Shown here piece by piece: positions 51,258 through 61,023 of a stretch of DNA of 64,000 nucleotides; the first letter of the stretch is position 1, and each line of letters begins with the position of its first letter. The notes below the pieces were generated by a model. It saw only the letters and a list, made by a program, of their open reading frames with translations. It was not told where the DNA came from and did not search any database. The translations under genes and the position numbers were made by a program. The stretch is from Alphaproteobacteria bacterium (GTDB lineage Bacteria; Pseudomonadota; Alphaproteobacteria; Bin95): NCBI GenBank assembly GCA_038102935.1, contig JAYNYG010000002.1:62027-126026 (forward strand). The letters run 5' to 3'.

Positions 51258-53243
51258 GTGACGAACTTTACTGACCTCGGCCTCGCCGAACCTTTGCTCG
51301 ACGCCATTAATGGCATGGGCTACGAAAAACCGACCCCGATCCAAGCCGCCGTGATTCCAGAATTTCTGGATGGCCGCGACGTAATCGGCATCGCCCAAAC
51401 GGGCACCGGCAAAACGGCAGCCTATGTGCTGCCGATGCTGCATGCGCTTGAAAGCAAGCCATCCCGCCCGTCGCCAAAGCGCTGCCGCGTGTTGATCCTG
51501 GCGCCGACCCGTGAGCTTGCTGGCCAGATTGCTGACAGCATTCGCAGCCATGGCCGCCATATTCGCCATTCTGTAGCGCTCGTCGTTGGCGGCGCGCGGC
51601 CTGGCCCACAAATCAAGGCGATGGCGCGCGGCGTTGATTTCCTTGTCGCCACGCCTGGCCGCCTGATGGACCATATGGAAACTGGCGTACTCAGCCTGGA
51701 TGACGTGGAGATGGTCGCGCTTGATGAGGCGGACCAGATGCTCGACATGGGCTTTTTGCCGCCAATCCGTCACATCCTGGGCGCGATCAAAGGCAAACGG
51801 CAGACGGTGCTTCTATCCGCCACCATGCCGCGCCCGATCCGTCAGCTCGCTAATGAATTCCTGCATAAACCGGCCGAAGTATCCGTTTCAGAAGGCGCCA
51901 AGCCGATTGAGCGGATCGACCAGCGCGTTCTGCACATCGAAGGCGGCGCCAAGCGCCGTGTGTTGACGGACATCCTGCGTGACCCAGAACTTGAGCGCGC
52001 AATCGTGTTCACCCGCACCAAGCGCGGCGCTGACCGTGTGCAGCTGCACTTGGAGAAAGCCGGCCTTCGCGCCGAAGCGATCCACGGCAACCGCAGCCAA
52101 AGCCAGCGTGACCGCACTCTTGGCCGCTTCAAAGGCGGACGCGTGAACATTCTGGTCGCGACCGATGTTGCAGCGCGCGGGATTGATGTGGACGACGTGT
52201 CCCATGTCATCAATTTCGAGCTGCCAAATGTGCCTGAAAGCTATGTGCATCGGATCGGACGGACGGCGCGCGCGGGCAAGGCGGGCGTCGCAATCTCGCT
52301 CTGTGACCGCACGGAACGTGGCTATCTGCGCGATATCGAGCGCTTGATCAGCACGCGCATTCAACCGATTGATCCGCCGGAAAGCACTGGGCCAGAAGTC
52401 GCGGAAGCGCCGTTTGGCGATAGGCCGTCCCGCAATGATCTGGAGCGCATGCCGCGCCGGTTCCAGGAGCGCGGCGACGGTCGCGATGAGGGCAGCAATT
52501 ACGGTCGCCCAAATGGCCGTAGCGGAAATGCACGTGGTCATCGTGGTCAAGGTCGGGATCAACACAACGAAGGCCGCGATGCGCAGGCGCGCGGTCGTGA
52601 TGATGACAGGCGCAGTCAGAATGGTCGCCCACCCTATGGCGAACGCCCAGCCGCGAACGACCGCCCGCCTTACGGCGACCGTCCGCGGAATGAAGGCCGC
52701 CATGACGATCGCCCCGAGTATCGTCCTCGTGGGGAGCGTTTCCAGGATGGTCCGTCGAATGAGGGTCGGCCGCCTCGCCGCCGCCCGGAAGAGGGCAGCT
52801 CACGCATAGGCCGCCGTCGTCACATGGATCCACGTCGCCAAGAACCTGTCCAGGCAGAACGCTGGGCAGATAGAGGTCCTGCGCGCCAGGACGAGCGGCC
52901 CCAAGGGCAACGGTCCCAAGGACAACGGTCCGGCGAAGAGCGCTCGGGCGAAGCGCCGCACGGTCGTCGCAGCGGCGGTAAGTTTGCACCGAAGCCGCAT
53001 GGCCAAACGGTCACCGCAGATGGCGGCCACGCTCCAATGCGCCGCAAAGGCGCAGGGCCCAACGGCGGCAAGCCTGGAGCCAAAATGGGCGGTAAAGCTG
53101 GCGGCAAACCAGCACAAGGCGAGAATGCCGGGGCGCGCAAGGCTGGCAAAGGCAAGCCGTTCCGCAAAAATCCGAAGGCTGCTGCTGCGAAACCCGCAGG
53201 CAAAGCAGGCCGACGCCCGAACAAGCAGCACGCGGCTGGCTAA
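51258..53243 (+). CDS. DEAD-box RNA helicase (RhlE-like) with a long disordered C-terminal tail
   Basis: GTG start (TNFTDLGL); AQTGTGKT, PTRELA, TPGR, DEAD, SAT, ARGID, HRIGRTAR; about 290-aa R/G/P/D-rich then K-rich tail. Confidence 0.95.
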   Translation: MTNFTDLGLAEPLLDAINGMGYEKPTPIQAAVIPEFLDGRDVIGIAQTGTGKTAAYVLPMLHALESKPSRPSPKRCRVLILAPTRELAGQIADSIRSHGRHIRHSVALVVGGARPGPQIKAMARGVDFLVATPGRLMDHMETGVLSLDDVEMVALDEADQMLDMGFLPPIRHILGAIKGKRQTVLLSATMPRPIRQLANEFLHKPAEVSVSEGAKPIERIDQRVLHIEGGAKRRVLTDILRDPELERAIVFTRTKRGADRVQLHLEKAGLRAEAIHGNRSQSQRDRTLGRFKGGRVNILVATDVAARGIDVDDVSHVINFELPNVPESYVHRIGRTARAGKAGVAISLCDRTERGYLRDIERLISTRIQPIDPPESTGPEVAEAPFGDRPSRNDLERMPRRFQERGDGRDEGSNYGRPNGRSGNARGHRGQGRDQHNEGRDAQARGRDDDRRSQNGRPPYGERPAANDRPPYGDRPRNEGRHDDRPEYRPRGERFQDGPSNEGRPPRRRPEEGSSRIGRRRHMDPRRQEPVQAERWADRGPARQDERPQGQRSQGQRSGEERSGEAPHGRRSGGKFAPKPHGQTVTADGGHAPMRRKGAGPNGGKPGAKMGGKAGGKPAQGENAGARKAGKGKPFRKNPKAAAAKPAGKAGRRPNKQHAAG

Positions 53244-53268
53244 TTCCGCCTACTCGTAGCACCCTTTG

Positions 53269-53305
53269 AAGCCCCCGCTGACAGGTTCAGCGGGGGTTTT
53301 TCTTT
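53269..53305 (+). terminator. Intrinsic terminator of the helicase gene
   Basis: CCCCCGCTGA-CAGGT-TCAGCGGGGG followed by TTTTTCTTT. Confidence 0.88.
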
Positions 53306-53895
53306 GCCGCCTCAACAATTCCGTTGATGAGGTGATGGAGGCTCCGCTTATATGCGGCGGCATCGGCGCCAGCGTCTGCGGCGATGACGGCGCGATCAAA
53401 TGCGGCTGAGAGCATATCGGCGAGCGCAGTGGTCTCTGCCCCGTTCATCGCTGTGGGCAGCGCTGCGCTAAGCCCTATACGTAGTTCACCGCCGCCCGTC
53501 GCCTGATCAATCTCCCTGATCACGGCGTGACCGAGCACGGCCGGGCCATCAAGCAATAGCAGCCGGATTCGGCCAGGCGCCGCCATCGCATCAAAATAAG
53601 CGGATGCGCCTGCCGCCAGCGCCTCAACAGGTGTGGCTGCTGCAACTGACTGGGCTTCTATTTCATGAGCGACAGCTTCCGCCTCCCTCTGCACGACAGC
53701 GGCGAAAAGGTCTGCCTTGTCACGGAAGTGGTGGTAGAGCGCGCCCCTGGTCACCATCGCCGCCTTGACGATCTCCGGCGTACCAGTCTCCGCAAATCCC
53801 TTTTCCGCAAATAGCGCCCGGCCCGCACTGATCAGCGCATGCCGCGTCGCTTCCGTCCGCGCCTCATTCGTTTGCCGTGTCGATTTCTCTTGCAT
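53287..53895 (-). CDS. TetR family regulator
   Basis: Start at MQEKST (53895); LFAEKGF..T....[15 protein letters not shown]; LLDGPAVLG. Confidence 0.92.
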   Translation of the reverse strand: MQEKSTRQTNEARTEATRHALISAGRALFAEKGFAETGTPEIVKAAMVTRGALYHHFRDKADLFAAVVQREAEAVAHEIEAQSVAAATPVEALAAGASAYFDAMAAPGRIRLLLLDGPAVLGHAVIREIDQATGGGELRIGLSAALPTAMNGAETTALADMLSAAFDRAVIAADAGADAAAYKRSLHHLINGIVEAAKKNPR

Positions 53896-53896
53896 A

Positions 53897-53940
53897 CATA
53901 CAGCCTGTATATTTATATTCATTCGCATACACATTGTATG
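53897..53940. promoter_or_regulatory. Two tandem TetR-type operators
   Basis: CATACA-GCC-TGTATA (53897-53911) and CATACA-CAT-TGTATG (53926-53940) between the divergent tetR and VOC genes. Confidence 0.75.
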
Positions 53941-53964
53941 TTTTCGTGCGAAAGGATGAAACCC

Positions 53965-54399
53965 ATGAAATGCAAACAATTCTATCCCGTCATCCAAACG
54001 GCGGATGTGGCAGGCGTCGCGGCGTTTTACATAAAGAACTTCCGCTTTGAAGCCGCGTTTGAAACTGATTGGTATATACATCTCCAATCAACCGAAGACG
54101 CATCGGTCAATCTGGCCGTCTTGCAACATGACCACGAAACGATCCCCGCAGCTGGCCAGGGCGTTGCGGCAGGCATGATCATCAACTTTGAGGTCGAGGA
54201 TGTGGATGCGGAATATGCGCGCGCGGAAGCCAATGGCGTACCGATCCTACTGCCGCTCCGCAGCGAGCCCTTTGGCCAACGCCATTTCATCGCGCAAGAT
54301 CCGGCGGGACTGTTGATCGACGTCATCACGCCGATCCCGCCAAGCGCGGAATTCGCAGATGCCTACAGTGCCGAAGCGCTCGAAGAAATAAGCGCATAG
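53965..54399 (+). CDS. VOC/glyoxalase family protein
   Basis: RBS AAAGGA; FYPVI...DV....[24 protein letters not shown]...DP.G.LIDVI. Confidence 0.9.
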   Translation: MKCKQFYPVIQTADVAGVAAFYIKNFRFEAAFETDWYIHLQSTEDASVNLAVLQHDHETIPAAGQGVAAGMIINFEVEDVDAEYARAEANGVPILLPLRSEPFGQRHFIAQDPAGLLIDVITPIPPSAEFADAYSAEALEEISA

Positions 54400-54462
54400 C
54401 AATTCAAGACGCCCTGCGCCGGATGCGATATCATGCAGCCCTCGGATTGATAGGGATGCATT

Positions 54463-56760
54463 ATGGGCGAACAAACATCTGGCGCGGGAAGGCTTGAAGA
54501 TCACCGGTTCCTGACAGGCGAAGGCCGCTTCACGGCGGATTTGCAGCGGGACGGCGAGGCCCATGGCTATGTGTTGCGCAGCCCCCACGCCCATGCAGAC
54601 ATCCTGAGCATTGATGCGGGCGACGCCGCTGCTATGCCGGGCGTTCTCGCTGTCATCACAGCGCAGGACCTGAGCGCAGATGGCTTGGGTGACCTGCAGA
54701 ACAAGTCCCAAATCCCAAGCGATCCGCCCATGGTCCACCCGCCGCGGCCCGTCTTGGCGCGCGGTAAGGTGCGGCATGTGGGCGAAGCCGTTGCATTCGT
54801 CGTCGCGGAAACTCTGACGGAAGCCCAGGACGCGGCTGAGGCGATCTTCGTTGACTACAAGGACCTGCCCGCGGTGATCGACCCCGCAGCGGCATTGGCG
54901 GACGGCGCGCCAGAAATTGCGGCCGAAGCGCCTGGCAACCTGATCTGCACCTTCCGCACCGGCGACCAATCCGCAACAGATGCCGCCATAGGCGCCGCTG
55001 CGCATGTGTTGGAAATGACGGTGGACAATCACCGCATCTCCGCCCTCCCGTTAGAGCCGCGCGCCGCCATCGGCGCCTATGACCCTGCCAAAGACGAGCT
55101 ACTGTTGACGCTGACAGGTCAGGGCGTCCACGGCATACGGGGGTCGTTGGCGGGGCCTGTCTTCGGCGTAGCGAACGAGAAACTGCATGTGATGGCGCAT
55201 GACGTCGGCGGCGGGTTCGGCGCCAAGAATTTCGCCTATCCGGAATGGGCGATGGTGCTCTACGCCGCCAAGAAACTTGGCCGCCCACTGAAATGGGTGG
55301 CGGAGCGGGCCGAAGACGTGCTCGGCGGCGCCCATGGCCGCGCGGTCAAATCGACCGCACGGATGGGCTTGGACGCGACCGGCAAAATCCTCGGGCTGAG
55401 CGCGCATCTGACGGCGGATGTCGGCGGATATCTTTCCAGCGGCGCGCCGGGGAGCGGGACGGTGTCTGTCACGCGGTCACTGCAGGGCATGTACGATATT
55501 CCAGCTGTCTATATGGAAGCGCGCGCGGTGCTGACCAACACCGCCCCAGTGGACGCCTATCGCGGCGCCGGGAAACCCGAAGGCAATTTCCTGATTGAGC
55601 GCATGGTGGAGACGGCGGCCCGGCGCTTTGGCTTTGACCCGGTGGCGCTCCGCCGCCAGAACGCCATCCAATCCTTTCCCTATAAAACCGCTCTTGGGTT
55701 TGAGGTTGATACGGGCGATTTTACAGCCCTCGTCGACCGGGCTGAGCGTTCGTCCGAGCGCGCCAGATTTGAAGACCGCCGGGCAGAAGCGAAGGCGCGC
55801 GGTAAGCTACGGGGCCTCGGTTTCGCCAGCTTCCTGGAATCCGCTCGCGGCGCGCCAAGCGAAGGGGCGGACGTGCGGTTCACCGAAGACGGGATGATCG
55901 AAGTGCGCCCCGGCACTGAATCGAACGGCCAGGGCCACGAGACGACTTTCACCGCCCTGGTTGCGGAACGCTTTGGCCGACCGATGGCAGAAATCCGCTA
56001 TATCCAGGCGGATACGCGGGAAACGCGCATGGGCTCCGGCCATGGCGGCGCGCGCTCCATGCATATGGGCGGCACGGCGATTGTCGGCGCGATTGATATG
56101 GCGCTGGAGAAGGGCAAAACCGTCGCTGCAGGGCTGCTGCAAGCGCCCGCAGAACAGGTGCAATTCGTGGGCGGTGACTTTGTGGCTGGCGACGGGCGGG
56201 CGGTATCTCTCAGCGATGTCGCAGCCGCCGCGCGCCAGCCCGAATTCGGCTTGGACGGCGGCCTCGACAGTTTCTTCAGCTGGGAGGATGCGCCGATCAC
56301 CTGGCCCGCGGGGTGCCACGCCGCCGAAGTCGAGATTGATCCTGAGACGGGCGATATCGAACTCCTGGCCTATACCGGCGTGGATGATTACGGCGTGGTT
56401 TTGAACCCGCAGTTGACGGAAGGCCAAGTGGTCGGCGGGCTTGTCCAAGGGATCGGCCAGGCGCTTGGCGAGCAGATTGTTTATGACCCCGATACGGCGC
56501 AGTGCCTCTCCGCCACATTGATGGACTATGCCGCGCCCCTCGCCCGCACGCTGCCGATGTTCAACATTGAATTTCTTTCAACGCCAACAGCCGCCAACCC
56601 GCTTGGCGTCAAAGGCTCCGGCCAAGCTGGCGCCATCGCCGCGTCTCAAACAGTGATCAACGCCGTCATCGACGCACTGGCGCCGCTCGGGATCGATCAT
56701 CTGGACATGCCTGCAACGCCTGAGAAGGTTTGGCGGGCTATTCGTTCAAAGCAATCCTAA
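54463..56760 (+). CDS. Xanthine dehydrogenase-family molybdopterin-binding large subunit (CoxL-like)
   Basis: RSPHAHA, VGGGFG.K, AYRGAGKPE, GQGHETTF, QGIGQAL.E, NPLGVKG. Confidence 0.92.
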   Translation: MGEQTSGAGRLEDHRFLTGEGRFTADLQRDGEAHGYVLRSPHAHADILSIDAGDAAAMPGVLAVITAQDLSADGLGDLQNKSQIPSDPPMVHPPRPVLARGKVRHVGEAVAFVVAETLTEAQDAAEAIFVDYKDLPAVIDPAAALADGAPEIAAEAPGNLICTFRTGDQSATDAAIGAAAHVLEMTVDNHRISALPLEPRAAIGAYDPAKDELLLTLTGQGVHGIRGSLAGPVFGVANEKLHVMAHDVGGGFGAKNFAYPEWAMVLYAAKKLGRPLKWVAERAEDVLGGAHGRAVKSTARMGLDATGKILGLSAHLTADVGGYLSSGAPGSGTVSVTRSLQGMYDIPAVYMEARAVLTNTAPVDAYRGAGKPEGNFLIERMVETAARRFGFDPVALRRQNAIQSFPYKTALGFEVDTGDFTALVDRAERSSERARFEDRRAEAKARGKLRGLGFASFLESARGAPSEGADVRFTEDGMIEVRPGTESNGQGHETTFTALVAERFGRPMAEIRYIQADTRETRMGSGHGGARSMHMGGTAIVGAIDMALEKGKTVAAGLLQAPAEQVQFVGGDFVAGDGRAVSLSDVAAAARQPEFGLDGGLDSFFSWEDAPITWPAGCHAAEVEIDPETGDIELLAYTGVDDYGVVLNPQLTEGQVVGGLVQGIGQALGEQIVYDPDTAQCLSATLMDYAAPLARTLPMFNIEFLSTPTAANPLGVKGSGQAGAIAASQTVINAVIDALAPLGIDHLDMPATPEKVWRAIRSKQS

Positions 56761-56780
56761 TTTCACTTAGGTAAGACCAG

Positions 56781-57161
56781 ATGTCGGATGCCGAGATAGC
56801 AACGGCCAAGTGCTCGCTCTCTTTCATTCGCCGTCCCCAATATGTCAATTTTTTGGGACGCTATTCCATCCTGGTCAATGATCATCTAATCGGCAAACTC
56901 CGACGGAATGGCGTCCTAAAGTGTGAGGTTGAAACTGGTGAGGTAGTTATCGATGCAAAAATCGACTGGTGCGGCTCCTCTCCGCTTTTTGTGCATCTGA
57001 AACCGGGCGAGCATGCAACGATTGAAGTGTTCAATGGCACTGGACTGTCGCTTGATCTTCTTTCTGCACTACTCTGCCAGACGCCGTATCTAACGCTGCG
57101 AAGGGTCGATGACCCCTCGACAGATGTCACACCATCAGATTGCCCGGATTCGCATCGCTAA
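56781..57161 (+). CDS. Hypothetical protein (beta-rich)
   Basis: 126-aa ORF filling the gap; visibly more AT-rich than its neighbours; Y.I.VN...IGKL, AKIDWCGS. Confidence 0.55.
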   Translation: MSDAEIATAKCSLSFIRRPQYVNFLGRYSILVNDHLIGKLRRNGVLKCEVETGEVVIDAKIDWCGSSPLFVHLKPGEHATIEVFNGTGLSLDLLSALLCQTPYLTLRRVDDPSTDVTPSDCPDSHR

Positions 57162-57179
57162 GATGCTCCGCCAAAGCCG

Positions 57180-57989
57180 TCAACGCCCGTCTGACGCCCG
57201 CCAAACCACCGGCCATAGATCGCTATCCAAGGGCGCGCCTGCTGGAATGCCTGGGTCGCGCAGCATGCGTTGCAGGTTGGGGCGGGGGTTGTAGGTGACA
57301 TCTTCGCCGGCCCAGCGCTGCACATAGGCGCGCCGCCGCAGCCGGTTGCTGGCGTTGCCGGGGGCGCCGTGCACCGTCAGTGCGTGATGCAATGTGCAAT
57401 CGCCCGGCGCCATTTCGAACTGGACGATATCGTATTTGTCGCGCTCGGCATCGATATCCGGCACGGGCGGTAGGTCTTCGGTGTATTTCTGGTTCGGATC
57501 AAACGAGACCGCGAGGAACCGTTGGCCCCAGAGATGCGAGCCCTTGATGTATTCAACGGCCCCTGTTTCGGCGCCCACATCATCCAATGCGACCCAAAGC
57601 GTCGCGATCTGGTCCCCCGCGACAGGCCAATAGGTGCCGTCATGGTGCCAGAGCGTACGGGTAGACGTGCCAGGCTCCTTAACCAGGATCTGATCAAAGA
57701 TCACATTAATCTTGGTGGACTGCATTAATGCGCCCGCGATGGCGGCGCCCGGGCCTTCAAACACAGCCTGCTTGAAGCCGGGAATATGATGCCAGACGAA
57801 GGTGTCGCCGAAGAACTCGCCCGTGCCGCCTTCCTCGTTGATGTCTTTGACCATGCCGGACGGGTTGGCCTTGTCCTCCTCAATGCAGGCGCGGAGATGC
57901 TCGACCCAATCGGGGTCAAACAGGCCGCGCAGGCACACGATGCCGTCCCGTTGATAGGTCTCGATTTCGGCTTCCGTGATGGGGCGCAT
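57180..57989 (-). CDS. Phytanoyl-CoA dioxygenase (PhyH) family protein
   Basis: YQRDG.V.LR, VKEPG, WHHD..YWP, LWVALD, GSH.WG, PGD...HH..T.HGA..N, RRRA. Confidence 0.9.
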   Translation of the reverse strand: MRPITEAEIETYQRDGIVCLRGLFDPDWVEHLRACIEEDKANPSGMVKDINEEGGTGEFFGDTFVWHHIPGFKQAVFEGPGAAIAGALMQSTKINVIFDQILVKEPGTSTRTLWHHDGTYWPVAGDQIATLWVALDDVGAETGAVEYIKGSHLWGQRFLAVSFDPNQKYTEDLPPVPDIDAERDKYDIVQFEMAPGDCTLHHALTVHGAPGNASNRLRRRAYVQRWAGEDVTYNPRPNLQRMLRDPGIPAGAPLDSDLWPVVWRASDGR

Positions 57990-58281
57990 GGCGGCGTCCT
58001 TTCCGTTTGTGGGCGCGTGTTCTAGGCGGAACCAACGCCTTCTCTAGCTTAGGCTAGGCCGCTGAAATGCGGATGTGAAGGCCGCGCTCAGGCCGCAATT
58101 TTCACCCGCCCAATTGGCCTTAGAATTTGCCACGGGTGCATTTGACGGACGCTTGGTTATAATCAGACCCAAGTCTTGTCCCGCGCGCCAATAATCCTGA
58201 ATTGCGCAGCACAAGATTTATAGCCGGCTTGTTAAGAAATTGACGATGCAAAAATATGTCGAAACACAAGGAAAAATACTC

Positions 58282-59322
58282 GTGAAGACTATCACTGAAG
58301 CTGAGGAAATCAGCCAGATCGCCTTTGGTTTTATGGCGTCAAAGGCCTTATTTGCCGCGTTGCATGTCGGCGTCTTCACAAAACTTTCCGAACGGCCGAA
58401 GCGTATTGATGAAATCGCGGCTGAAGCCAACGCTCCCGCCAACCGAATCCAAACGCTGATGACTGCGCTCACCGCGCTTGGCCTCGTCATCGGAGAGGGC
58501 GATGTCTACGCAAATTCGCCGGGCGCAGAGGCGTTTCTGGTAGAAGGCGCCAAGTATGATTTCGGCGATTATCTCCGCCTGCAGATCGACCGGCAGATGT
58601 TCCCGATCATGACTGGCCTCGAAGCCGTTGTAACCGGCGAGCCGACCGATGATCCCAAGATCGAATCCTACGCCGATTGGTTCTCTGACCCGGAAGAAGC
58701 CCGGCTCTACAGCGAAAGCCAACATGCCGGATCGCTGGGGCCAGGGCGCTCCATCGCCCGTATGATTGACCTCAAAGGCGCGAAGACATTGATGGATGTG
58801 GGCGGCGGCACCGGCGCGCTGGCGATCCGGCTTTGTGAGGCGAACCCGAAATTGAAGGCGACCGTGCTTGATTTCCCGCATGTGGCGGCGCTCGGTAAAG
58901 AATATGTGGCGGAAGCCGGGCTTTCAGACCGTATCGAGTTCGTCGCTGGCAACGCGATTGAAGACGATTGGGCGGATGGCCAGGACGTCGTGCTAATGTC
59001 CTATCTCTTCAACGGCGTCCCTGGGACCGCAATCCCGGACCTGACCCGCCGCGCCTTCACCAGCCTGAACCCTGGCGGCCACTTCCTGGTGCATGACTTC
59101 ATCGTAGACGACGACCGCTCCGGCCCAACGCTGGCCGCGCTCTGGCAATTGCAGCACCTAGCGTTCACGCCTGCCGCCAAATCCATGACGCCGACATGGC
59201 TGGAAGGCCTGATGGCGGGCGTCGGCTTCGCGGACATCTCCACCCAGACGCTGATCCCAGGCATGACGAAGCTGATGCACGCACGCAAAGCGACGGAAGA
59301 GGCGGTTGTCGCAGCTGAGTGA
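58282..59322 (+). CDS. dsyB: MTHB S-methyltransferase of DMSP biosynthesis
   Basis: AEEISQIAFGFMASKALFAALH, FLVEGAKYDFGDYLRLQIDRQM, SYADWF.DPEEA.LYSESQHAGSLGP, DVGGGTGA, LMSYLF, AALWQLQH.AFTP match characterised DsyB sequences as I recall them; GTG start assumed. Confidence 0.85.
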   Translation: MKTITEAEEISQIAFGFMASKALFAALHVGVFTKLSERPKRIDEIAAEANAPANRIQTLMTALTALGLVIGEGDVYANSPGAEAFLVEGAKYDFGDYLRLQIDRQMFPIMTGLEAVVTGEPTDDPKIESYADWFSDPEEARLYSESQHAGSLGPGRSIARMIDLKGAKTLMDVGGGTGALAIRLCEANPKLKATVLDFPHVAALGKEYVAEAGLSDRIEFVAGNAIEDDWADGQDVVLMSYLFNGVPGTAIPDLTRRAFTSLNPGGHFLVHDFIVDDDRSGPTLAALWQLQHLAFTPAAKSMTPTWLEGLMAGVGFADISTQTLIPGMTKLMHARKATEEAVVAAE

Positions 59323-59401
59323 GGCGGACATCCCAGATCGAACGCCGCACGTATCTCGAAAGCCGCTCTGATGCGCCGCCGCCAGGTCCCCTCGCCCCCC
59401 C

Positions 59402-60934
59402 CTAAAGCGGAATATTGTCGTGCTTCTTCCAGGGGTTTGCGAGCTGCTTGTCTTTGAGCATGGCTAGGCTGCGGCAGATGCGGGCGCGCGTGTTGTGGGG
59501 GCGGATGACGTCGTCGATGTATCCGCGCCGGGCGGCCACGAAGGGGTTGGCGAATGCGGCGGCATACTCGTCGGTACGGGCCTTGATTTTCTCTTCGTCG
59601 CCAATGTCTTGCCGGAAAATGATCTCCACAGCGCCTTTGGCGCCCATCACCGCGATTTCGGCGTTAGGCCAAGCGTAGTTCACATCGCCGCGCAGATGTT
59701 TAGACGCCATAACATCATAGGCGCCGCCATAGGCCTTGCGCGTGATGACGGTGATTTTCGGCACCGTCGCTTCGGCATAGGCGAAGAGCAGCTTGGCGCC
59801 GTGTTTGATGATGCCGTTGAACTCCTGATCTGTACCGGGGAGGAAGCCCGGCACATCGACGAAGGTGACGATCGGGATATCAAACGCATCCAAAAACCGG
59901 ACGAAACGCCCAGCCTTCCGCGCGCTGTCGATATCCAAGCAGCCCGCCAGCACCATCGGCTGGTTGGCGACGATGCCAACCGTCTGGCCGTCCATCCGCG
60001 CCAATCCGATGACGATGTTGCCTGCGAAATTCGGCTGCACTTCAAAGAAATCGCCCTCGTCTACAACCTTTTCGATCAGCTCTTTAATGTCATAAGGCTT
60101 GTTTGGGTCTGCCGGAACAAGCGTATCCAGGGACATTTCCTGGCGGCCTGCCGGGTCATTCGTTGGACGCGAAGGCGCAGGCGCGCGGTTGGAGGCTGGC
60201 AGGAAATCGAAGAAGCGGCGGGTTTCCAGCAAGGCCTCAACGTCATTCTCAAACGCCATATCAGCGACGCCGGATTTGGCGGAATGGGTGATTGCGCCGC
60301 CAAGCGCTTCCTGGGTCACTTCTTCATGGGTGACGGTTTTGACCACATCCGGCCCTGTCACGAACATGTAGGACGTGTCCTTCACCATGAAGATGAAGTC
60401 CGTCATCGCGGGCGAATAAACGGCCCCGCCAGCGCATGGCCCCATGATGACGGATAGCTGGGGCACAACCCCGCTCGCCAAAACGTTCCGCTGAAAGACT
60501 TCCGCATAACCGCCAAGCGATGCGACGCCCTCCTGGATGCGCGCGCCGCCACTGTCATTCAGGCCGATTACGGGTGCGCCGACTTTCATCGCCTGGTCCA
60601 TCACCTTGCAGATTTTCTCTGCATGCGCTTCGGAGAGCGACCCGCCAAACACGGTGAAATCCTGGCTATACACAAACACCAGGCGCCCGTTGATCGTCCC
60701 GGAGCCGGTAACGACGCCATCGCCCGGCACCCGCTGCTTTTCCATGCCGAAATCGGTTGAGCGGTGCTCCACGAACATATCGAGTTCTTCAAAGGAGCCT
60801 GGATCGAGCAGGATATCGAGGCGCTCTCGCGCCGTCAGTTTGCCGCGGGCGTGCTGCGCATCGATCCGGCGCTGGCCGCCGCCCAACTTTGCGGCATCCC
60901 GCATGGCTTCCAGTTCGGCGACAATATCGGTCAT
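59402..60934 (-). CDS. pccB: Propionyl-CoA carboxylase beta subunit
   Basis: [76 protein letters not shown]. Confidence 0.93.
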   Translation of the reverse strand: MTDIVAELEAMRDAAKLGGGQRRIDAQHARGKLTARERLDILLDPGSFEELDMFVEHRSTDFGMEKQRVPGDGVVTGSGTINGRLVFVYSQDFTVFGGSLSEAHAEKICKVMDQAMKVGAPVIGLNDSGGARIQEGVASLGGYAEVFQRNVLASGVVPQLSVIMGPCAGGAVYSPAMTDFIFMVKDTSYMFVTGPDVVKTVTHEEVTQEALGGAITHSAKSGVADMAFENDVEALLETRRFFDFLPASNRAPAPSRPTNDPAGRQEMSLDTLVPADPNKPYDIKELIEKVVDEGDFFEVQPNFAGNIVIGLARMDGQTVGIVANQPMVLAGCLDIDSARKAGRFVRFLDAFDIPIVTFVDVPGFLPGTDQEFNGIIKHGAKLLFAYAEATVPKITVITRKAYGGAYDVMASKHLRGDVNYAWPNAEIAVMGAKGAVEIIFRQDIGDEEKIKARTDEYAAAFANPFVAARRGYIDDVIRPHNTRARICRSLAMLKDKQLANPWKKHDNIPL

Positions 60935-61023
60935 GGGTCTAGCGCTCACTCAAAGGTACAAAGATCAGCGTTTCAGATAGCATCCTGCCTGCACTGAGGC
61001 CAAGCCGCATCAGCCCAGCAGGC

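Noticed and set aside
53839-54087. Apparent long head-to-head overlap of the tetR and VOC ORFs in the ORF track
   Set aside because: Artifact of upstream in-frame starts; the likely true starts at 53895 and 53965 leave a 69-nt gap
54463-56760. Aerobic CO dehydrogenase (coxL form I)
   Set aside because: Lacks AYxCSFR and has no adjacent coxM/coxS or accessory genes
59495-60457. Long antisense ORFs (320 aa here; also 27595-28548, 44375-45196, 48916-49866, 41462-42238, 51888-52703)
   Set aside because: Shadow frames of well-supported high-GC genes on the opposite strand, with no recognisable motifs
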